A DNA stretch of 64,000 bases from Clostridiales bacterium (GCA_012838805.1 DUON01000019.1:60560-124559); one strand, 5' to 3'; shown: positions 36,354 through 48,845, counted from the stretch's first letter. Notes: generated by a model not told the origin, from the letters alone. Numbers and translations are program-made.

Positions 36354-37547
36354 CTATATGAGCAGCATTGTCCTTTGAAGCTTTTGGTCACGATTGATTA
36401 TTCCCAATATCCCCTGTGCTTTGAAATCAAGTTTAATAAGCGGTCTTAGCGATTTTTCGACCTTGTCTATGTCTGAATACCTGACTAAGGTATTTTTTGA
36501 GGTATCGCTTAGTTTGGACAAGATATCCTTTCTATCCTTATTAAGTGCCAAAATAAATACATACGGTTCAGAAGAAGAGGCAAGCTCATATAGTTCTTTT
36601 GTGATTCCCAAAAGGGCATAAAGCGATATTCTTTTTATTTTCGCCATGGTGTATTTTTTTGTCTTGGCGTTTTCTAAAAACTGTTCATAGGTGTTGGAGG
36701 CGTCAGCGGCGATTTTAAGTCTGTTGTGCAGTCCTCCCGAAACATCATAGAGCTTTTCCAATTTCTGCGGGCTTATCTCTTTCATTCGGTAAAGAGCCAT
36801 GTCCCCCAAAGATGTCCCAATTGATTTATACTCTTCCAAGAGGTTATAAGTAAAAGGCGGAACGAAGTTTTTCAACTCTTCAATCTTTCCCTGTCTTAGA
36901 CATGACCTTATCGCCGAAGCCGAAGGATAATCGCTATCAACGCTTGCGTCGTTAAACCCGCCGCCCATTCTCTTTATGGTATGAAACTTTATTTTCATTT
37001 TTAGCCTTTTTGCCGCCATGATATAGGCGATTCCCAAGATGTTGTTGGGCTGGTCAAGAAGCCCTTCAAGCTGTCTGTAATTGGAATATTGCCTTACGAA
37101 CTCATTGACGGCTTTTGCCCTAGCTTTGGGGAAGCTGTCCCCTTGGGATAAATAAAGGCTAATTTTTTCTTTTATTTGTTCGGGTTCATTTAGAAGAAGC
37201 CTTGCCATTTTCTCAAGCTTTTGGGTATCTCCGCACTCACTGCCAAAACTCAAATATTTGACATCGGGAAGCCTGGATATGATTTTCATCGCTCCAAAGG
37301 CGAAGTTATCCGCCGGGGATAGTGCAAAGACCGTTGGAAGCTCCGCTACCATATCACAGCCCAGCCTTACGGCTATGGACGCCCTTATATATTTATCCGC
37401 AATAGCGGCTTCGCCTCTTTGAGTGAAACTTCCGCTCATAACACAAAAAACGGTATCGGCTTTTGTTTCCTCTCTTGCTCTTTTCAGATGTTCAAGGTGT
37501 CCGTTTGTCAATGGATTGTATTCGCAAATAATCGCGACTGCTTTCAT
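36354..37547 (-). CDS. tmcAL: tRNA(Met) cytidine acetate ligase TmcAL (YlbM/DUF795 nucleotidyltransferase)
   Basis: 397 aa. MKAVAIICEYNPLTNGHLEHL (HxGH-type nucleotidyltransferase motif), VMSGSFTQRGE. Size typical of the family. Confidence 0.8.
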   Translation of the reverse strand: MKAVAIICEYNPLTNGHLEHLKRAREETKADTVFCVMSGSFTQRGEAAIADKYIRASIAVRLGCDMVAELPTVFALSPADNFAFGAMKIISRLPDVKYLSFGSECGDTQKLEKMARLLLNEPEQIKEKISLYLSQGDSFPKARAKAVNEFVRQYSNYRQLEGLLDQPNNILGIAYIMAAKRLKMKIKFHTIKRMGGGFNDASVDSDYPSASAIRSCLRQGKIEELKNFVPPFTYNLLEEYKSIGTSLGDMALYRMKEISPQKLEKLYDVSGGLHNRLKIAADASNTYEQFLENAKTKKYTMAKIKRISLYALLGITKELYELASSSEPYVFILALNKDRKDILSKLSDTSKNTLVRYSDIDKVEKSLRPLIKLDFKAQGILGIINRDQKLQRTMLLI

Positions 37548-37574
37548 TTTTCCTCACTTTATTGTGTAATTGAC

Positions 37575-37602
37575 TTGATTTTTTTGTATAAAAGAGTATA
37601 AT
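37575..37602 (+). promoter_or_regulatory. Sigma-A type promoter TTGATT-N16-TATAAT for pta-ackA
   Basis: TTGATT at 37575-37580 and TATAAT at 37597-37602. A leader of about 55 nt ends in SD AAGGAGG before GTG 37665. Confidence 0.5.
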
Positions 37603-37664
37603 CATATACGGTGTTTTTTATTATATACGACAAATGAAAAAAAGTAAAGTAAGGAGGCTTAGGT

Positions 37665-38651
37665 GTGTCGGGATTAATGGACAAAATTTTTTCAAAAGCA
37701 AAACAACTAAACAAACATATCGTTCTTCCCGAGGGGGAGGAGCCCAGAATTATTGAGGCGGCAAAGAAAATCGCCCGTTTGAAACTAGCACGCTTGACTC
37801 TGATAGGCGACAAGGACAAAATAATCAAAAAGACTGGGGAACTTGACGGAATTAATATTATCAATCCCGAAGTCAGCCCAAAGACCAATACATATGCCGA
37901 ACATCTTTTCCAATTGAGAAAGTCAAAGGGGATTTCTATGGAGCAAGCCCAAGAGCTTGTCAAGGATCCCTTATATTTTGGTGTGCTTATGGTCAAGAAC
38001 GGTGACGCCGACGGAATGGTAGCCGGTGCGATAAACCCAACTGGGAATGTTTTAAGACCAGCATTGCAGATAATAAAAGCTTGTTCGGGCATGAAGACGA
38101 TATCAAGCTGTTTTATCATGACTCTTCCCGAGGGTTCGCCTTACGGAGAGGACGGCGTTATGATATTTGCCGACTGTGCGGTGAACATAGACCCCGACGC
38201 CGAAAGCCTTGCAGAAATCGCAATCTCCAGTGCCCATAGTGCAAGGGTTATTACGGGAATAGAGCCCGTTGTGGCGATGCTTTCTTTCTCCACTAAGGGC
38301 AGCGCAAAGCATGAGAACGCCGAAAAGGTGATTAAAGCCACAGAGCTTGTCAAGCAAAGATGCCCCGAAATGATTGTTGACGGCGAACTTCAGGCGGACG
38401 CAGCACTCAACTCAACAGTAGCGGCACTCAAAGCACCCCAAAGCCCCGTCCAAGGCAAAGCCAATGTGCTTATCTTCCCGGATTTGCAATCGGGGAATAT
38501 TGGATATAAACTGGTACAAAGACTTGCCAACGCCGAGGCGATAGGACCTATCTGTCAGGGGTTTGCGAAACCTGTCAACGACCTAAGCAGGGGTTGCGAT
38601 GTGGACGATGTGGTGGGAGTGGTGGCAATAACAGCTTTGCAATCAAAATAA
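37665..38651 (+). CDS. pta: Phosphate acetyltransferase
   Basis: 328 aa. IVLPEGEEPRIIEAA, DGMVAG and the SRG...D C-terminal motif. Followed by ackA. Confidence 0.92.
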   Translation: MSGLMDKIFSKAKQLNKHIVLPEGEEPRIIEAAKKIARLKLARLTLIGDKDKIIKKTGELDGINIINPEVSPKTNTYAEHLFQLRKSKGISMEQAQELVKDPLYFGVLMVKNGDADGMVAGAINPTGNVLRPALQIIKACSGMKTISSCFIMTLPEGSPYGEDGVMIFADCAVNIDPDAESLAEIAISSAHSARVITGIEPVVAMLSFSTKGSAKHENAEKVIKATELVKQRCPEMIVDGELQADAALNSTVAALKAPQSPVQGKANVLIFPDLQSGNIGYKLVQRLANAEAIGPICQGFAKPVNDLSRGCDVDDVVGVVAITALQSK

Positions 38652-38663
38652 AAGGAGAAACGC

Positions 38664-39857
38664 ATGAAAATACTTGTTATCAACGCGGGAAGTTCCTCAT
38701 TAAAATATCAGATAATAGATATGAAAGGCGAAAAGCTATTGTGTAAGGGAATCGTGGAAAGAATAGGCTTCCCCGGCTCAATGCTGGAGCATAAAATTAG
38801 AGACGAGAAATATAAGATAACCCAAAAAATGGACAACCATACTGACGCCTTGAATTTCATGCTGAACATCTTGACAAGCAAGGAATACGGAGTGATTAAA
38901 GATGTCAACGAAATTGAGGCGGTAGGGCACAGAGTGCTTATGAGCGGCGAAGACTTTGATTCCAGCGTAGTCATTGACGACAATGTAATTAAAGTCTGCA
39001 GAAAGAACTCAATCTATGGACCTTTGCACATGCCGGCGCAGACGGACTGCATTGAAGCTTGCGGACAGATTATGCCCGATATTCCTATGGTCGCGGTGTT
39101 TGACAACACCTTCCATTCCACAATGCCACCAAAAGCCTTTATGTACGCCATACCGTATGAAGACTATCAAAACTATAAATTGAGAAAATACGGTTTTCAC
39201 GGCACCAGCCATAAGTATGTCTCCCAAAAGGCGATAAAATATTTGGGAAAAGAAAACTCCAGAATGATAACATGCCACTTAGGCAACGGGAGTTCGCTTG
39301 CCGCTGTTGTGAACGGCAAATGCATTGACACTTCAATGGGCTTGACACCTCTTGAGGGTCTGATAATGGGCACAAGAAGCGGAGACATCGACCCAATGGT
39401 GCTTGACCTATTGGTTAAACACAAAGGCATGAGCTTGGACGAGGCGCTGGACTCCCTAAACAAGAAGAGCGGATTCTTGGGAATTTGCGGTGTGAACGAT
39501 TTTAGGGATGTGGTACACCTTGCCGAGGGCGGCAATAAGAGAGCGGCGCTTTGTCTGGATATGTTCCAATACCGCATTAAGAAATATATAGGAAGCTATT
39601 ATGCCATTATGGGAGGTCTGGATGCAATCGTCTTTACGGGCGGTATAGGCGAGAATTCCGCCATTGGAAGAAAGGTCATTATGGAGGGTCTTGAACATCT
39701 TGGCATAGATTTCGACTTTGAAGCCAATAATCAACTTAAAAAAGGCAAGTTTGCGGAACTTCACAAGCCTTCCTCCAAAGTAAAGGTCTTAGTAATACCC
39801 ACAAACGAGGAGCTTGTCATCGCAAGGGATACCCAAGAACTTGTAAAAAACAAATAA
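38664..39857 (+). CDS. ackA: Acetate kinase
   Basis: 397 aa. MKILVINAGSSSLKYQ, GHRV, FHGTSH, IVFTGGIGEN. Confidence 0.95.
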   Translation: MKILVINAGSSSLKYQIIDMKGEKLLCKGIVERIGFPGSMLEHKIRDEKYKITQKMDNHTDALNFMLNILTSKEYGVIKDVNEIEAVGHRVLMSGEDFDSSVVIDDNVIKVCRKNSIYGPLHMPAQTDCIEACGQIMPDIPMVAVFDNTFHSTMPPKAFMYAIPYEDYQNYKLRKYGFHGTSHKYVSQKAIKYLGKENSRMITCHLGNGSSLAAVVNGKCIDTSMGLTPLEGLIMGTRSGDIDPMVLDLLVKHKGMSLDEALDSLNKKSGFLGICGVNDFRDVVHLAEGGNKRAALCLDMFQYRIKKYIGSYYAIMGGLDAIVFTGGIGENSAIGRKVIMEGLEHLGIDFDFEANNQLKKGKFAELHKPSSKVKVLVIPTNEELVIARDTQELVKNK

Positions 39858-39880
39858 GCTTCAAAACCAAATCAAAAAGG

Positions 39881-39910
39881 TTGACAAACCTATATACATG
39901 TATTTATAAT
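39881..39910 (+). promoter_or_regulatory. Consensus sigma-A promoter TTGACA-N18-TATAAT, 9 nt upstream of ATG 39920
   Basis: TTGACA at 39881-39886 and TATAAT at 39905-39910. The ORF-track 'start' at 39881 is the TTG of the -35 box itself. Confidence 0.6.
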
Positions 39911-39919
39911 ATGGTACAT

Positions 39920-40429
39920 ATGTATATTGACTTAACGAATATAGCCGAGGACAAGGAGTATGAGCTTGAGTTCCAAGCTCAGGGCGATAACGAATTGTTC
40001 GATGCAAGAAATATAGAATTCTTTTCTCCACTTAAGCTTAAGGGAACTTATCGTCTACTTAATGATGTAGTCCAACTCAAAGCAAACCTTAGCTTTACCA
40101 TAAAGGCGGCGTGCGACAACTGTCTTGTGAGCGTGGAGAAAGAATACCTTATCCCAATCCAAGAGACTTTTCACAAGGACAGCGAGTCCCCCGAGGAATA
40201 CGGATACAGCGGTTATAAAGTAGACTTGAGCCCTATGATAAGGGAAAAGATATTATTAAATCTTGACGGGAAAATTGTGTGTAAAGAAGACTGCAAGGGA
40301 ATATGTGCGGTATGCGGAAGTGACTTGAACAAAAATGAGTGCTCATGCAAGACCGAAAGTAAAAACAATCCCTTCGCCATATTAAAATCAATAGTGGGAG
40401 GTGCGAAAAATGGCAGTACCAAAAAGTAA
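39920..40429 (+). CDS. yceD: YceD (DUF177) family protein, large-subunit biogenesis associated
   Basis: 169 aa from ATG 39920. C-terminal Cys motifs C.E.C.G.C..CG..LN...C.C. Immediately upstream of and overlapping rpmF, the conserved pairing. Confidence 0.85.
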   Translation: MYIDLTNIAEDKEYELEFQAQGDNELFDARNIEFFSPLKLKGTYRLLNDVVQLKANLSFTIKAACDNCLVSVEKEYLIPIQETFHKDSESPEEYGYSGYKVDLSPMIREKILLNLDGKIVCKEDCKGICAVCGSDLNKNECSCKTESKNNPFAILKSIVGGAKNGSTKK

Positions 40430-40601
40430 AGTGTCAAAACAAAGACGAAATAAAAGAGCGGCAAATTGGAAACTTTCCGCGCCCAATCTTAGCGAATGTC
40501 CGCAATGTCACGAACTAAAGCAAAGCCATAAGGTATGTCCGTTCTGCGGATACTACAAAGGCGAACAGATTGTTGTTGAAAAAGAAAAGAAAGAGGAATA
40601 A
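40410..40601 (+). CDS. rpmF: 50S ribosomal protein L32 (zinc-ribbon C+ form)
   Basis: MAVPKSKVSKQRRNKR... with CPQC...CPFCG. SD GGGAGGTG upstream of ATG 40410. The track start GTG 40401 is less likely. Confidence 0.93.
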   Translation: MAVPKSKVSKQRRNKRAANWKLSAPNLSECPQCHELKQSHKVCPFCGYYKGEQIVVEKEKKEE

Positions 40602-40652
40602 TTCCATTTCAGGTTTTGACAAATAAGTCAAGATAATCTATTCAGAAAAACC

Positions 40653-40683
40653 AAAGTCAGGCCTATAAACCTGACTTTTGTTA
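40653..40683 (+). terminator. Rho-independent terminator candidate
   Basis: aaagtcagg (40653-40661) pairs with cctgacttt (40670-40678), followed by a T-rich tail ttgtt. Confidence 0.6.
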
Positions 40684-40712
40684 CCTAAAAGCCTTATTAT
40701 AGGAGGACAAAC

Positions 40713-41732
40713 ATGAAAATTGTAGTCGACGCATTTGGCGGAGACCATTCCCCCGAAGAAGTGATAAAAGGCGTATCTTTAGCCTTAAACAAAGAACAAG
40801 GCTTTTCAATTGTTTTAACAGGCAAAAAAGAGACGATACAAGCTCTTATGCAAGAATACGGCTGCGACAAAGAAAGGGTGGAGATAGTCGACGCCCCCGA
40901 AGTGATAACAAACGACGACACCCCCACATTGGCTTTAAGGCAAAAGACAAATTCATCCTTGGTCAAATGTTTTGATATCTTAAACGCGAGCGAAGACGCC
41001 AAGTCTATGGTGACTGCAGGCAGCACGGGTGCCGCCCTTACGGGTGCGGTGCTGATGCTCAAGAGAATAAAGGGCATCTTAAGACCCGGTCTTGCGCCGC
41101 TTCTTCCCGCCATAAAAAATAAAAATCAAGTTATGCTCATTGATTGCGGAGCTATCGCCGACCCCAAACCTCAAAACCTTGTGCAATTTGCGAAAATGGG
41201 CTCTGCCTTTATGAAGGCTGTCGCCAAGGTGGAAAACCCCAGAGTTGGGCTATTGTCCAACGGCTCTGAAGACAGCAAGGGCAATGAAAGAAATAAAGAA
41301 GCGTTTGAGCTGTTAAAACAAGCGGACATAAACTTCTTAGGAAACCTTGAGGGCAGGGATATCATAAGCGGAGACTATGATGTGGTGGTCGCCGACGGTT
41401 TTAGCGGAAATATCGCCCTAAAGGCTTGCGAGGGAACAGCTCTTGGAATCTTCAAATTGATAAAAGACGGCATAATGAAAGGCGGCTTAAGGGCGAAACT
41501 GGGATACCTATTGCTTAAATCAGTATTTAAGCAAATAAAAACAAAAATGGACTATAACGACAACGGCGGAGCGGTTTTGTTGGGACTCAAAAAAATTGTC
41601 ATAAAATCCCACGGCTCCAGCAAGGCAAAGTCTATCTGTGCGTCAATTTTACAAGCCAAACAAATGGTAGACGCCAAGGTTGTGGAAAAAATAGAGGAAG
41701 TGATTGAAATTGAATCAAGCCGACAAGATTGA
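40713..41732 (+). CDS. plsX: Phosphate acyltransferase PlsX
   Basis: 339 aa. MKIVVDAFGGDHSP, GSTGA, DGFSGNI, IKSHG.S. SD AGGAGG upstream. Confidence 0.93.
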   Translation: MKIVVDAFGGDHSPEEVIKGVSLALNKEQGFSIVLTGKKETIQALMQEYGCDKERVEIVDAPEVITNDDTPTLALRQKTNSSLVKCFDILNASEDAKSMVTAGSTGAALTGAVLMLKRIKGILRPGLAPLLPAIKNKNQVMLIDCGAIADPKPQNLVQFAKMGSAFMKAVAKVENPRVGLLSNGSEDSKGNERNKEAFELLKQADINFLGNLEGRDIISGDYDVVVADGFSGNIALKACEGTALGIFKLIKDGIMKGGLRAKLGYLLLKSVFKQIKTKMDYNDNGGAVLLGLKKIVIKSHGSSKAKSICASILQAKQMVDAKVVEKIEEVIEIESSRQD

Positions 41733-42387
41733 AAAAATGATAGGGTATCAATTCAAAAATAAAGCCATTCTTAAGCAGGTTTTCACCCATACATCCTATG
41801 CCAACGAGCATAACATTCCGTCTTATGAGCGGTTGGAGTTTTTGGGCGACGCCGTTTTGGAATATATCATCACAACCGAACTTTACAAAAGGTTTCCTCA
41901 TTTGGACGAGGGGAAGCTGACCAAAGCAAGGGCATATTTGGTGTCATGCGGCTATTTGAGTAATAAAATAAAAGAGACCTCCCTTATCGAATTTATGCTT
42001 GTGGGCGAGGGCACCATCCAAAACGATATGCGCCTTAGCCACAATATGCATTGCGATTTATTCGAGGCGATAGTGGGCGGTATCCTTATTGACAACGATT
42101 TTGATATCTCAAAGGCAAGGGAATTTATCCTAAGGTTTCTTAAAGAGGATATTATAAAAGCAGGGACGAAGGGCAGCTTCAAGGACTATAAGTCCCTTTT
42201 ATTGGAAATGTGTGCCAAAAAAGGCAAAAAAGCTGAGTTTTCCTTAATAAATAAAGAAAAGAGGCTGAATGAGGACTTTATTGTGGAATTGTCGATAGAG
42301 GGAAAAAGAGTCTCTGTCGCCCATGCGAAAAACAAAAAAGAGGCGGAGAAAAAAGCCGCACAGGCTTATTTTGAAACACTTGAATAA
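41704..42387 (+). CDS. rnc: Ribonuclease III
   Basis: RNase III signature ERLEFLGDAVL, plus a C-terminal dsRBD (K.AE..AA..A). TTG start at 41704 after SD AGAGGAAG. Overlaps the plsX 3' end. Start codon uncertain. Confidence 0.9.
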   Translation: MKLNQADKIEKMIGYQFKNKAILKQVFTHTSYANEHNIPSYERLEFLGDAVLEYIITTELYKRFPHLDEGKLTKARAYLVSCGYLSNKIKETSLIEFMLVGEGTIQNDMRLSHNMHCDLFEAIVGGILIDNDFDISKAREFILRFLKEDIIKAGTKGSFKDYKSLLLEMCAKKGKKAEFSLINKEKRLNEDFIVELSIEGKRVSVAHAKNKKEAEKKAAQAYFETLE

Positions 42388-42546
42388 GGTTTTTTCGCAA
42401 GCCTTACAAATAGCCTATTTAATCTCAATTATTATAGCCATTAAGGTCTTTATATAGCTTTTTTTATAGTAAAGAGAAAGTCTTTTCTGGTTTTAATCGG
42501 GAACAAATTTTTTTTGTAAATTACCAAGATTTGTTGTATTTTTTTC

Positions 42547-42574
42547 TTGACTTTGAATATAATAATGTTATAAT
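42547..42574 (+). promoter_or_regulatory. Sigma-A promoter TTGACT-N16-(TGt)TATAAT of the hrcA-grpE-dnaK-dnaJ operon
   Basis: TTGACT at 42547-42552 and extended -10 tgtTATAAT at 42566-42574. CIRCE begins 5 nt downstream. Confidence 0.75.
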
Positions 42575-42578
42575 GATT

Positions 42579-42605
42579 TTAGCACTCAACAATCATGACT
42601 GCTAA
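42579..42605 (+). promoter_or_regulatory. CIRCE operator (HrcA binding site)
   Basis: TTAGCACTC-N9-GACTGCTAA versus consensus TTAGCACTC-N9-GAGTGCTAA (1 mismatch in the right arm). Located between the promoter and hrcA. Confidence 0.9.
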
Positions 42606-42649
42606 CAGATAATGACAGCAACCGCTAACAAGGTTGCATAAGGAATGTT

Positions 42650-43693
42650 ATGGACAAGGAGAAGTTATCCGAAAGAAAGGAAAAAATACTCAAGGCTGTT
42701 GTGGACGAGTACATAAAAAGTGCTCTTCCCGTATCTTCGGGTGAAATTAAGAACAAGCACTTTAATGACATCAGCTCCGCCACAATAAGGTCTGAACTTT
42801 CCGCTCTTGAGGATATGGGATATCTTATTCAGCCGCATGTTTCGGCGGGGAGAATACCGTCCAAAAAGGCGTATAAAAAGTATATCGACCAGTTTATGGT
42901 GAAGATTCCGCTTACGCAAGCCGAAATCGAAAAAATCAACAAGTCCCTCAAGCAAAGGTTTTCAGGCGTTGAGGAGATAGTGGAGACAACGGCAAAAGTC
43001 ATTAGCGATATCACCAACTATACTTCTATTATTGTTCTAAACGATATCAACAAAGTTAAAATTAAGGAAATAAAGCTTGTCGACCTTGACAAGCATTCCG
43101 CCTTAGTGATTATTATTACCGACAGCGGCATAATTAGGGATAAAACAATAAAGGTCAAAAACGAAATAGACACCGTCTATATTAGAGACGCTAACGCTAT
43201 GCTCAACAAGATATTTGAGGGCAGGACCATATCTGAAATAAAGAGCTTTGACGCTATTGTGGAAAAAGAGCTCAAAGACTTTAAGGAACTGTACGACAGT
43301 ATATTAGAAATCTTAGATAGCTATGCACAAAACAAACAAGACAATGTCATTATTGAGGGGGCGTCCAAGTTTTTGGAGCATTCAGAATATGATTTAGACG
43401 CGGCGAAGAACTTCCTTTCGGTCATAGACACCAAAGAAAAGCTGGCGGAAATCATAGACCAAAACGATGATATTGAGTTTTCGGTAAAGATAGGAAAGGA
43501 CGAATCTTGCGGTTTGGATAAGTGCGCCATTGTCACTGCAAAATACAAAATCAACGGTAAAGATATCGGTCATGCGGGAGTCATAGGTCCCGAAAGAATG
43601 GACTACTCAAAAGTGGTGTCTGTATTAAGTTATGTGGGGAAAACTCTGAAAAGAATAGCTAACGGAGGTAATAATGACAAAGAAAAAGAATGA
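42650..43693 (+). CDS. hrcA: Heat-inducible transcription repressor HrcA
   Basis: 347 aa. N-terminal winged helix (ERKEKILKAVVDEYIKSALPVSSGEI), SSATIRSELSALEDMGYL, GPERMDY. Confidence 0.93.
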   Translation: MDKEKLSERKEKILKAVVDEYIKSALPVSSGEIKNKHFNDISSATIRSELSALEDMGYLIQPHVSAGRIPSKKAYKKYIDQFMVKIPLTQAEIEKINKSLKQRFSGVEEIVETTAKVISDITNYTSIIVLNDINKVKIKEIKLVDLDKHSALVIIITDSGIIRDKTIKVKNEIDTVYIRDANAMLNKIFEGRTISEIKSFDAIVEKELKDFKELYDSILEILDSYAQNKQDNVIIEGASKFLEHSEYDLDAAKNFLSVIDTKEKLAEIIDQNDDIEFSVKIGKDESCGLDKCAIVTAKYKINGKDIGHAGVIGPERMDYSKVVSVLSYVGKTLKRIANGGNNDKEKE

Positions 43694-44219
43694 GGATTTA
43701 TCTTGCCAAAAGACCGAAGTGAAACAAGAGCAGGTTCAAGACATTGAGAGCAAGGAAGAAGCTCAAAAAGAAGACATCAATAAGCTCTTAGAACAAGCAA
43801 GGCAAGAGGCGGAAGACTATAAGGACCATCTGCAAAGACTGCAAGCGGAATTTGACAACTACAAAAAAAGGACGGCGGAAAGCTCCTTGTGTTCGAGGAT
43901 AGACGGCATTTGCGATGTCATAATAGAGCTTATACCCGCAATCGACAATTTGGAGCGAGGCATAGAGGCAGTCAAGGACAAGTCGGCAAAAACGGGAATG
44001 GAACTGATACTAAAACAGCTTAGAAAAGTCCTTAATAAATTTGATGTATGCGAGATTAAGGCACTTGGCGAATGTTTTAACCCCGACATTCACCATGCGG
44101 TTGCAAAAGACGAAGAGAGCGAAAGCGAAAATGAAAATAAGGTAACCGAAGTATACCTTAAGGGATACCAAAGAAAAACAAAAGTTCTTAGACCAGCCAT
44201 GGTCAAAGTAACTAAATAA
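43674..44219 (+). CDS. grpE: Nucleotide exchange factor GrpE
   Basis: 181 aa. RLQAEFDNYKKR, FNP..H.A, KGY....KVLRPAMV. Confidence 0.93.
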   Translation: MTKKKNEDLSCQKTEVKQEQVQDIESKEEAQKEDINKLLEQARQEAEDYKDHLQRLQAEFDNYKKRTAESSLCSRIDGICDVIIELIPAIDNLERGIEAVKDKSAKTGMELILKQLRKVLNKFDVCEIKALGECFNPDIHHAVAKDEESESENENKVTEVYLKGYQRKTKVLRPAMVKVTK

Positions 44220-44234
44220 CAATAAAAAAAATAG

Positions 44235-46073
<1,839 letters not shown>

Positions 46074-46075
46074 TC

Positions 46076-47227
46076 ATGGCAAAAAAAGATTATTATGAGA
46101 TTTTAGGAGTATCCAGAAGCGCGAGCGCGGACGAAATAAAGTCCGCGTATCGCCGCATGGCAAAAAAATATCATCCTGACTTATATTCCATGAAATCCGA
46201 AGAAGAAAGAAAAAACGCCGAACAGAAGTTCAAAGAAGTTCAGCATGCCTATGCTGTGCTTTCCGACCCGCAAAAAAAACAAACTTATGACCAATTTGGA
46301 ACAGAAGACGGTCCTTCAATGGAAGGCTTTGGCGGATTCAATCCTTTTGGCGGCGGAGGTTTTACGGGCGATTTCGCTGACGATATCATAAACAATATCT
46401 TTAACGCTTTTACGGGAGGCGGCGCTACCAGACGGCGCTATGAAAGAGACGGCGACGATATAGAAACCGTTTTGAACTTGACTTTTGAAGAGGCTTGTTT
46501 CGGCATTGAGAAAGAAATTACTTTCACCAGAGTGGAAAAATGCAAAACATGTGGCGGAACGGGAGCTAAGAACGCCTCTGACATAAAGACCTGCCCCAAG
46601 TGTGGCGGAGCGGGTACTATTAGGGTTGGGCAAAGAACGCCTTTTGGCATGATGCAGACCACAAGGACATGCGACCGTTGCGGCGGCGAGGGCAAAATAA
46701 TCGAAGAAAAGTGCCAAGACTGCAAGGGCAGGGGGCGAGTAAAGAGACAAAGAACCATAAAAGTCAAGATACCCGCAGGCGTGGACAACGGACAAATGCT
46801 CACAATGCGGGGCGAGGGCAACGCTGCCTACACCCCGAACGGCGCAAATGGCAATCTTATTATTATCTTCAAAGTGGCGCCCCATGAAATATTCACAAGA
46901 GACAAGTATAACCTTCATTTGGAGATGCCGATTACATTTATGGAAGCTGTTTTGGGCGCGCGAGTGGATGTACCCACCCTTGACGGTGTTATAAAAATAG
47001 ATATACCCGAAGGCACTCAGCACGGCTCTATTATCAGAATAAAAGGCAAAGGCATCAAGTACTTAAGGAAAGAGCTATACGGGGACTTGTATATAAAAAT
47101 AATAGTGGACATTCCCAAGAGCTTGAGTCCCAGTCAAAGGAGCAAACTCAAAGAAGTCGAAAAGGCGTTGGAAAAAGCCAATTATGAAAAGGTCCAAAAG
47201 TTCAGAAAGAAAAGAAAGGGATTATGA
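46076..47227 (+). CDS. dnaJ: Molecular chaperone DnaJ
   Basis: 383 aa. J domain with HPD (KKYHPD), G/F region, four CxxCxGxG zinc repeats. Confidence 0.96.
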   Translation: MAKKDYYEILGVSRSASADEIKSAYRRMAKKYHPDLYSMKSEEERKNAEQKFKEVQHAYAVLSDPQKKQTYDQFGTEDGPSMEGFGGFNPFGGGGFTGDFADDIINNIFNAFTGGGATRRRYERDGDDIETVLNLTFEEACFGIEKEITFTRVEKCKTCGGTGAKNASDIKTCPKCGGAGTIRVGQRTPFGMMQTTRTCDRCGGEGKIIEEKCQDCKGRGRVKRQRTIKVKIPAGVDNGQMLTMRGEGNAAYTPNGANGNLIIIFKVAPHEIFTRDKYNLHLEMPITFMEAVLGARVDVPTLDGVIKIDIPEGTQHGSIIRIKGKGIKYLRKELYGDLYIKIIVDIPKSLSPSQRSKLKEVEKALEKANYEKVQKFRKKRKGL

Positions 47228-48144
47228 AAAAGGTTTGGAAAAAAATAACCGTAACGACTGATACCCAAGGCTCAGAACTCACCGCTGATGCCTTTTTTTC
47301 TATTGGCTTAAACGGTGTGGAGATTCAGGACAAAAACGATATTAAGGATATAATCAAACAAAAGAAGATGTGGGACTATATAGACGAATCGCTGATAACA
47401 AGTTCGCCCGACTTTGTAAAGGTCAGCGGTTTTATCGCGGAAGAGAATATAACGGAGAAATTAAAAGAATTAAAAGAGATATTGAAACTTTACGGCATAA
47501 ATGGCGATATCACAATTACCGACATCAATGACGACACATGGTATGAGAACTGGAAGAAGTTTTATACCCCTATCGTTGCGGGGAGCTTTGTCATAACGCC
47601 TGAATGGCTTGAATATGAAAACAAAGACAACCTTATTGAGATTAAGATAGATCCCGGCATGGCGTTCGGCACTGGAGAGCATGAGACTACGAGGATGTGC
47701 CTTGAGCTTATGTCTGAATTGAATTTCCACAACAAATCCGTTATCGATATAGGTTGCGGAAGCGGCATTTTGGGGATTGCCGCATTGAAAAAAGGTGCTA
47801 AAAGCTGTTATATGAGCGATATCGATTCCGTCGCAGTCAAGGCGGCGAAAGCAAACGCCAAACTCAATAACATAAACGCCCAAATAGAGCTTGCTGACAT
47901 TTTTAAGAAAAAGGATATCAAAGCCGACATCATATTGGCTAATTTGACTGCGGATTTACTGATAAAGCTCTATAAAGATATAAGAAATTATATAGAAAAA
48001 GGCGGCATAGCGATTTTATCGGGCATAATCAACGATAGAACCCAAGAGACCTTAACGGCTTATTTAAGTCAAGGTTTTTCATTGATAAGAAAGTTAAGTC
48101 TTGGGGAATGGACGGCTTTTTCGGCGGAGGTCAAATGGAATTAA
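47224..48144 (+). CDS. prmA: Ribosomal protein L11 methyltransferase
   Basis: 306 aa. [23 protein letters not shown]. Position after dnaJ. Confidence 0.9.
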   Translation: MKKVWKKITVTTDTQGSELTADAFFSIGLNGVEIQDKNDIKDIIKQKKMWDYIDESLITSSPDFVKVSGFIAEENITEKLKELKEILKLYGINGDITITDINDDTWYENWKKFYTPIVAGSFVITPEWLEYENKDNLIEIKIDPGMAFGTGEHETTRMCLELMSELNFHNKSVIDIGCGSGILGIAALKKGAKSCYMSDIDSVAVKAAKANAKLNNINAQIELADIFKKKDIKADIILANLTADLLIKLYKDIRNYIEKGGIAILSGIINDRTQETLTAYLSQGFSLIRKLSLGEWTAFSAEVKWN

Positions 48145-48845
48145 AAAGGTTTTTCTCTTTTGAGCCGATAAAAAACAACCGCATAGTCCTTAAGGGCAAT
48201 GAATTTTTTCATGCGGTAAAGGTATGCAGATTAAAGAAAGGATTTAAGATTATCGTCAACAACAATACTGAAAATGACTATTATTGCACAATAGAAAATA
48301 TCGAAAAAACTTTTCTGACAGCGGTCATTGACGAAATAAAGGTTAATGACACTTTTGCTGATACCAATATAACGCTGTTTATCGCTATGTGCAAAGATAT
48401 GGACACCGTAGTTCAAAAGGCGGTGGAAATGGGCGTGACAAGGCTTGTTCCGTTTTTCTCTAAGAATACCAATGAGAAAAAATTAAAAAAGGACAGGCTT
48501 GAAAAAATCGTTTTGGAAAGCTCCAAGCAGTGCGGCAGACCCAACCTTATGGTACTGGAAGATATTTGTGAATTTGAAGATGCCATAGAAAGAGCGCAAG
48601 AGTTCGACAAAGCCCTTATTTACTTTGAGCTTGAAAGGGAGGAAAAGACCGCAAGCCATTTATCCCCTAAAGATGAAAAACTTGGGATAATGATTGGTAG
48701 CGAGGGCGGTTTTGACCTTGAAGAAATCCAAAAGGCGGAAAAGGCGGGCTGGAAAACCGCAACGCTGGGCAAGAGGATATTAAGGGTGGCGACAGCGGTG
48801 GTGGCGGCGCTGGCATTGTGTTTGCAGGGAATGGATAAGATATGA
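48135..48845 (+). CDS. rsmE: 16S rRNA (uracil1498-N3)-methyltransferase RsmE
   Basis: MELKRFF..., SPOUT C-terminus (IGSEGGF...E, LGKRILR..TA). The track start 48108 is an in-frame extension inside prmA. Confidence 0.88.
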   Translation: MELKRFFSFEPIKNNRIVLKGNEFFHAVKVCRLKKGFKIIVNNNTENDYYCTIENIEKTFLTAVIDEIKVNDTFADTNITLFIAMCKDMDTVVQKAVEMGVTRLVPFFSKNTNEKKLKKDRLEKIVLESSKQCGRPNLMVLEDICEFEDAIERAQEFDKALIYFELEREEKTASHLSPKDEKLGIMIGSEGGFDLEEIQKAEKAGWKTATLGKRILRVATAVVAALALCLQGMDKI

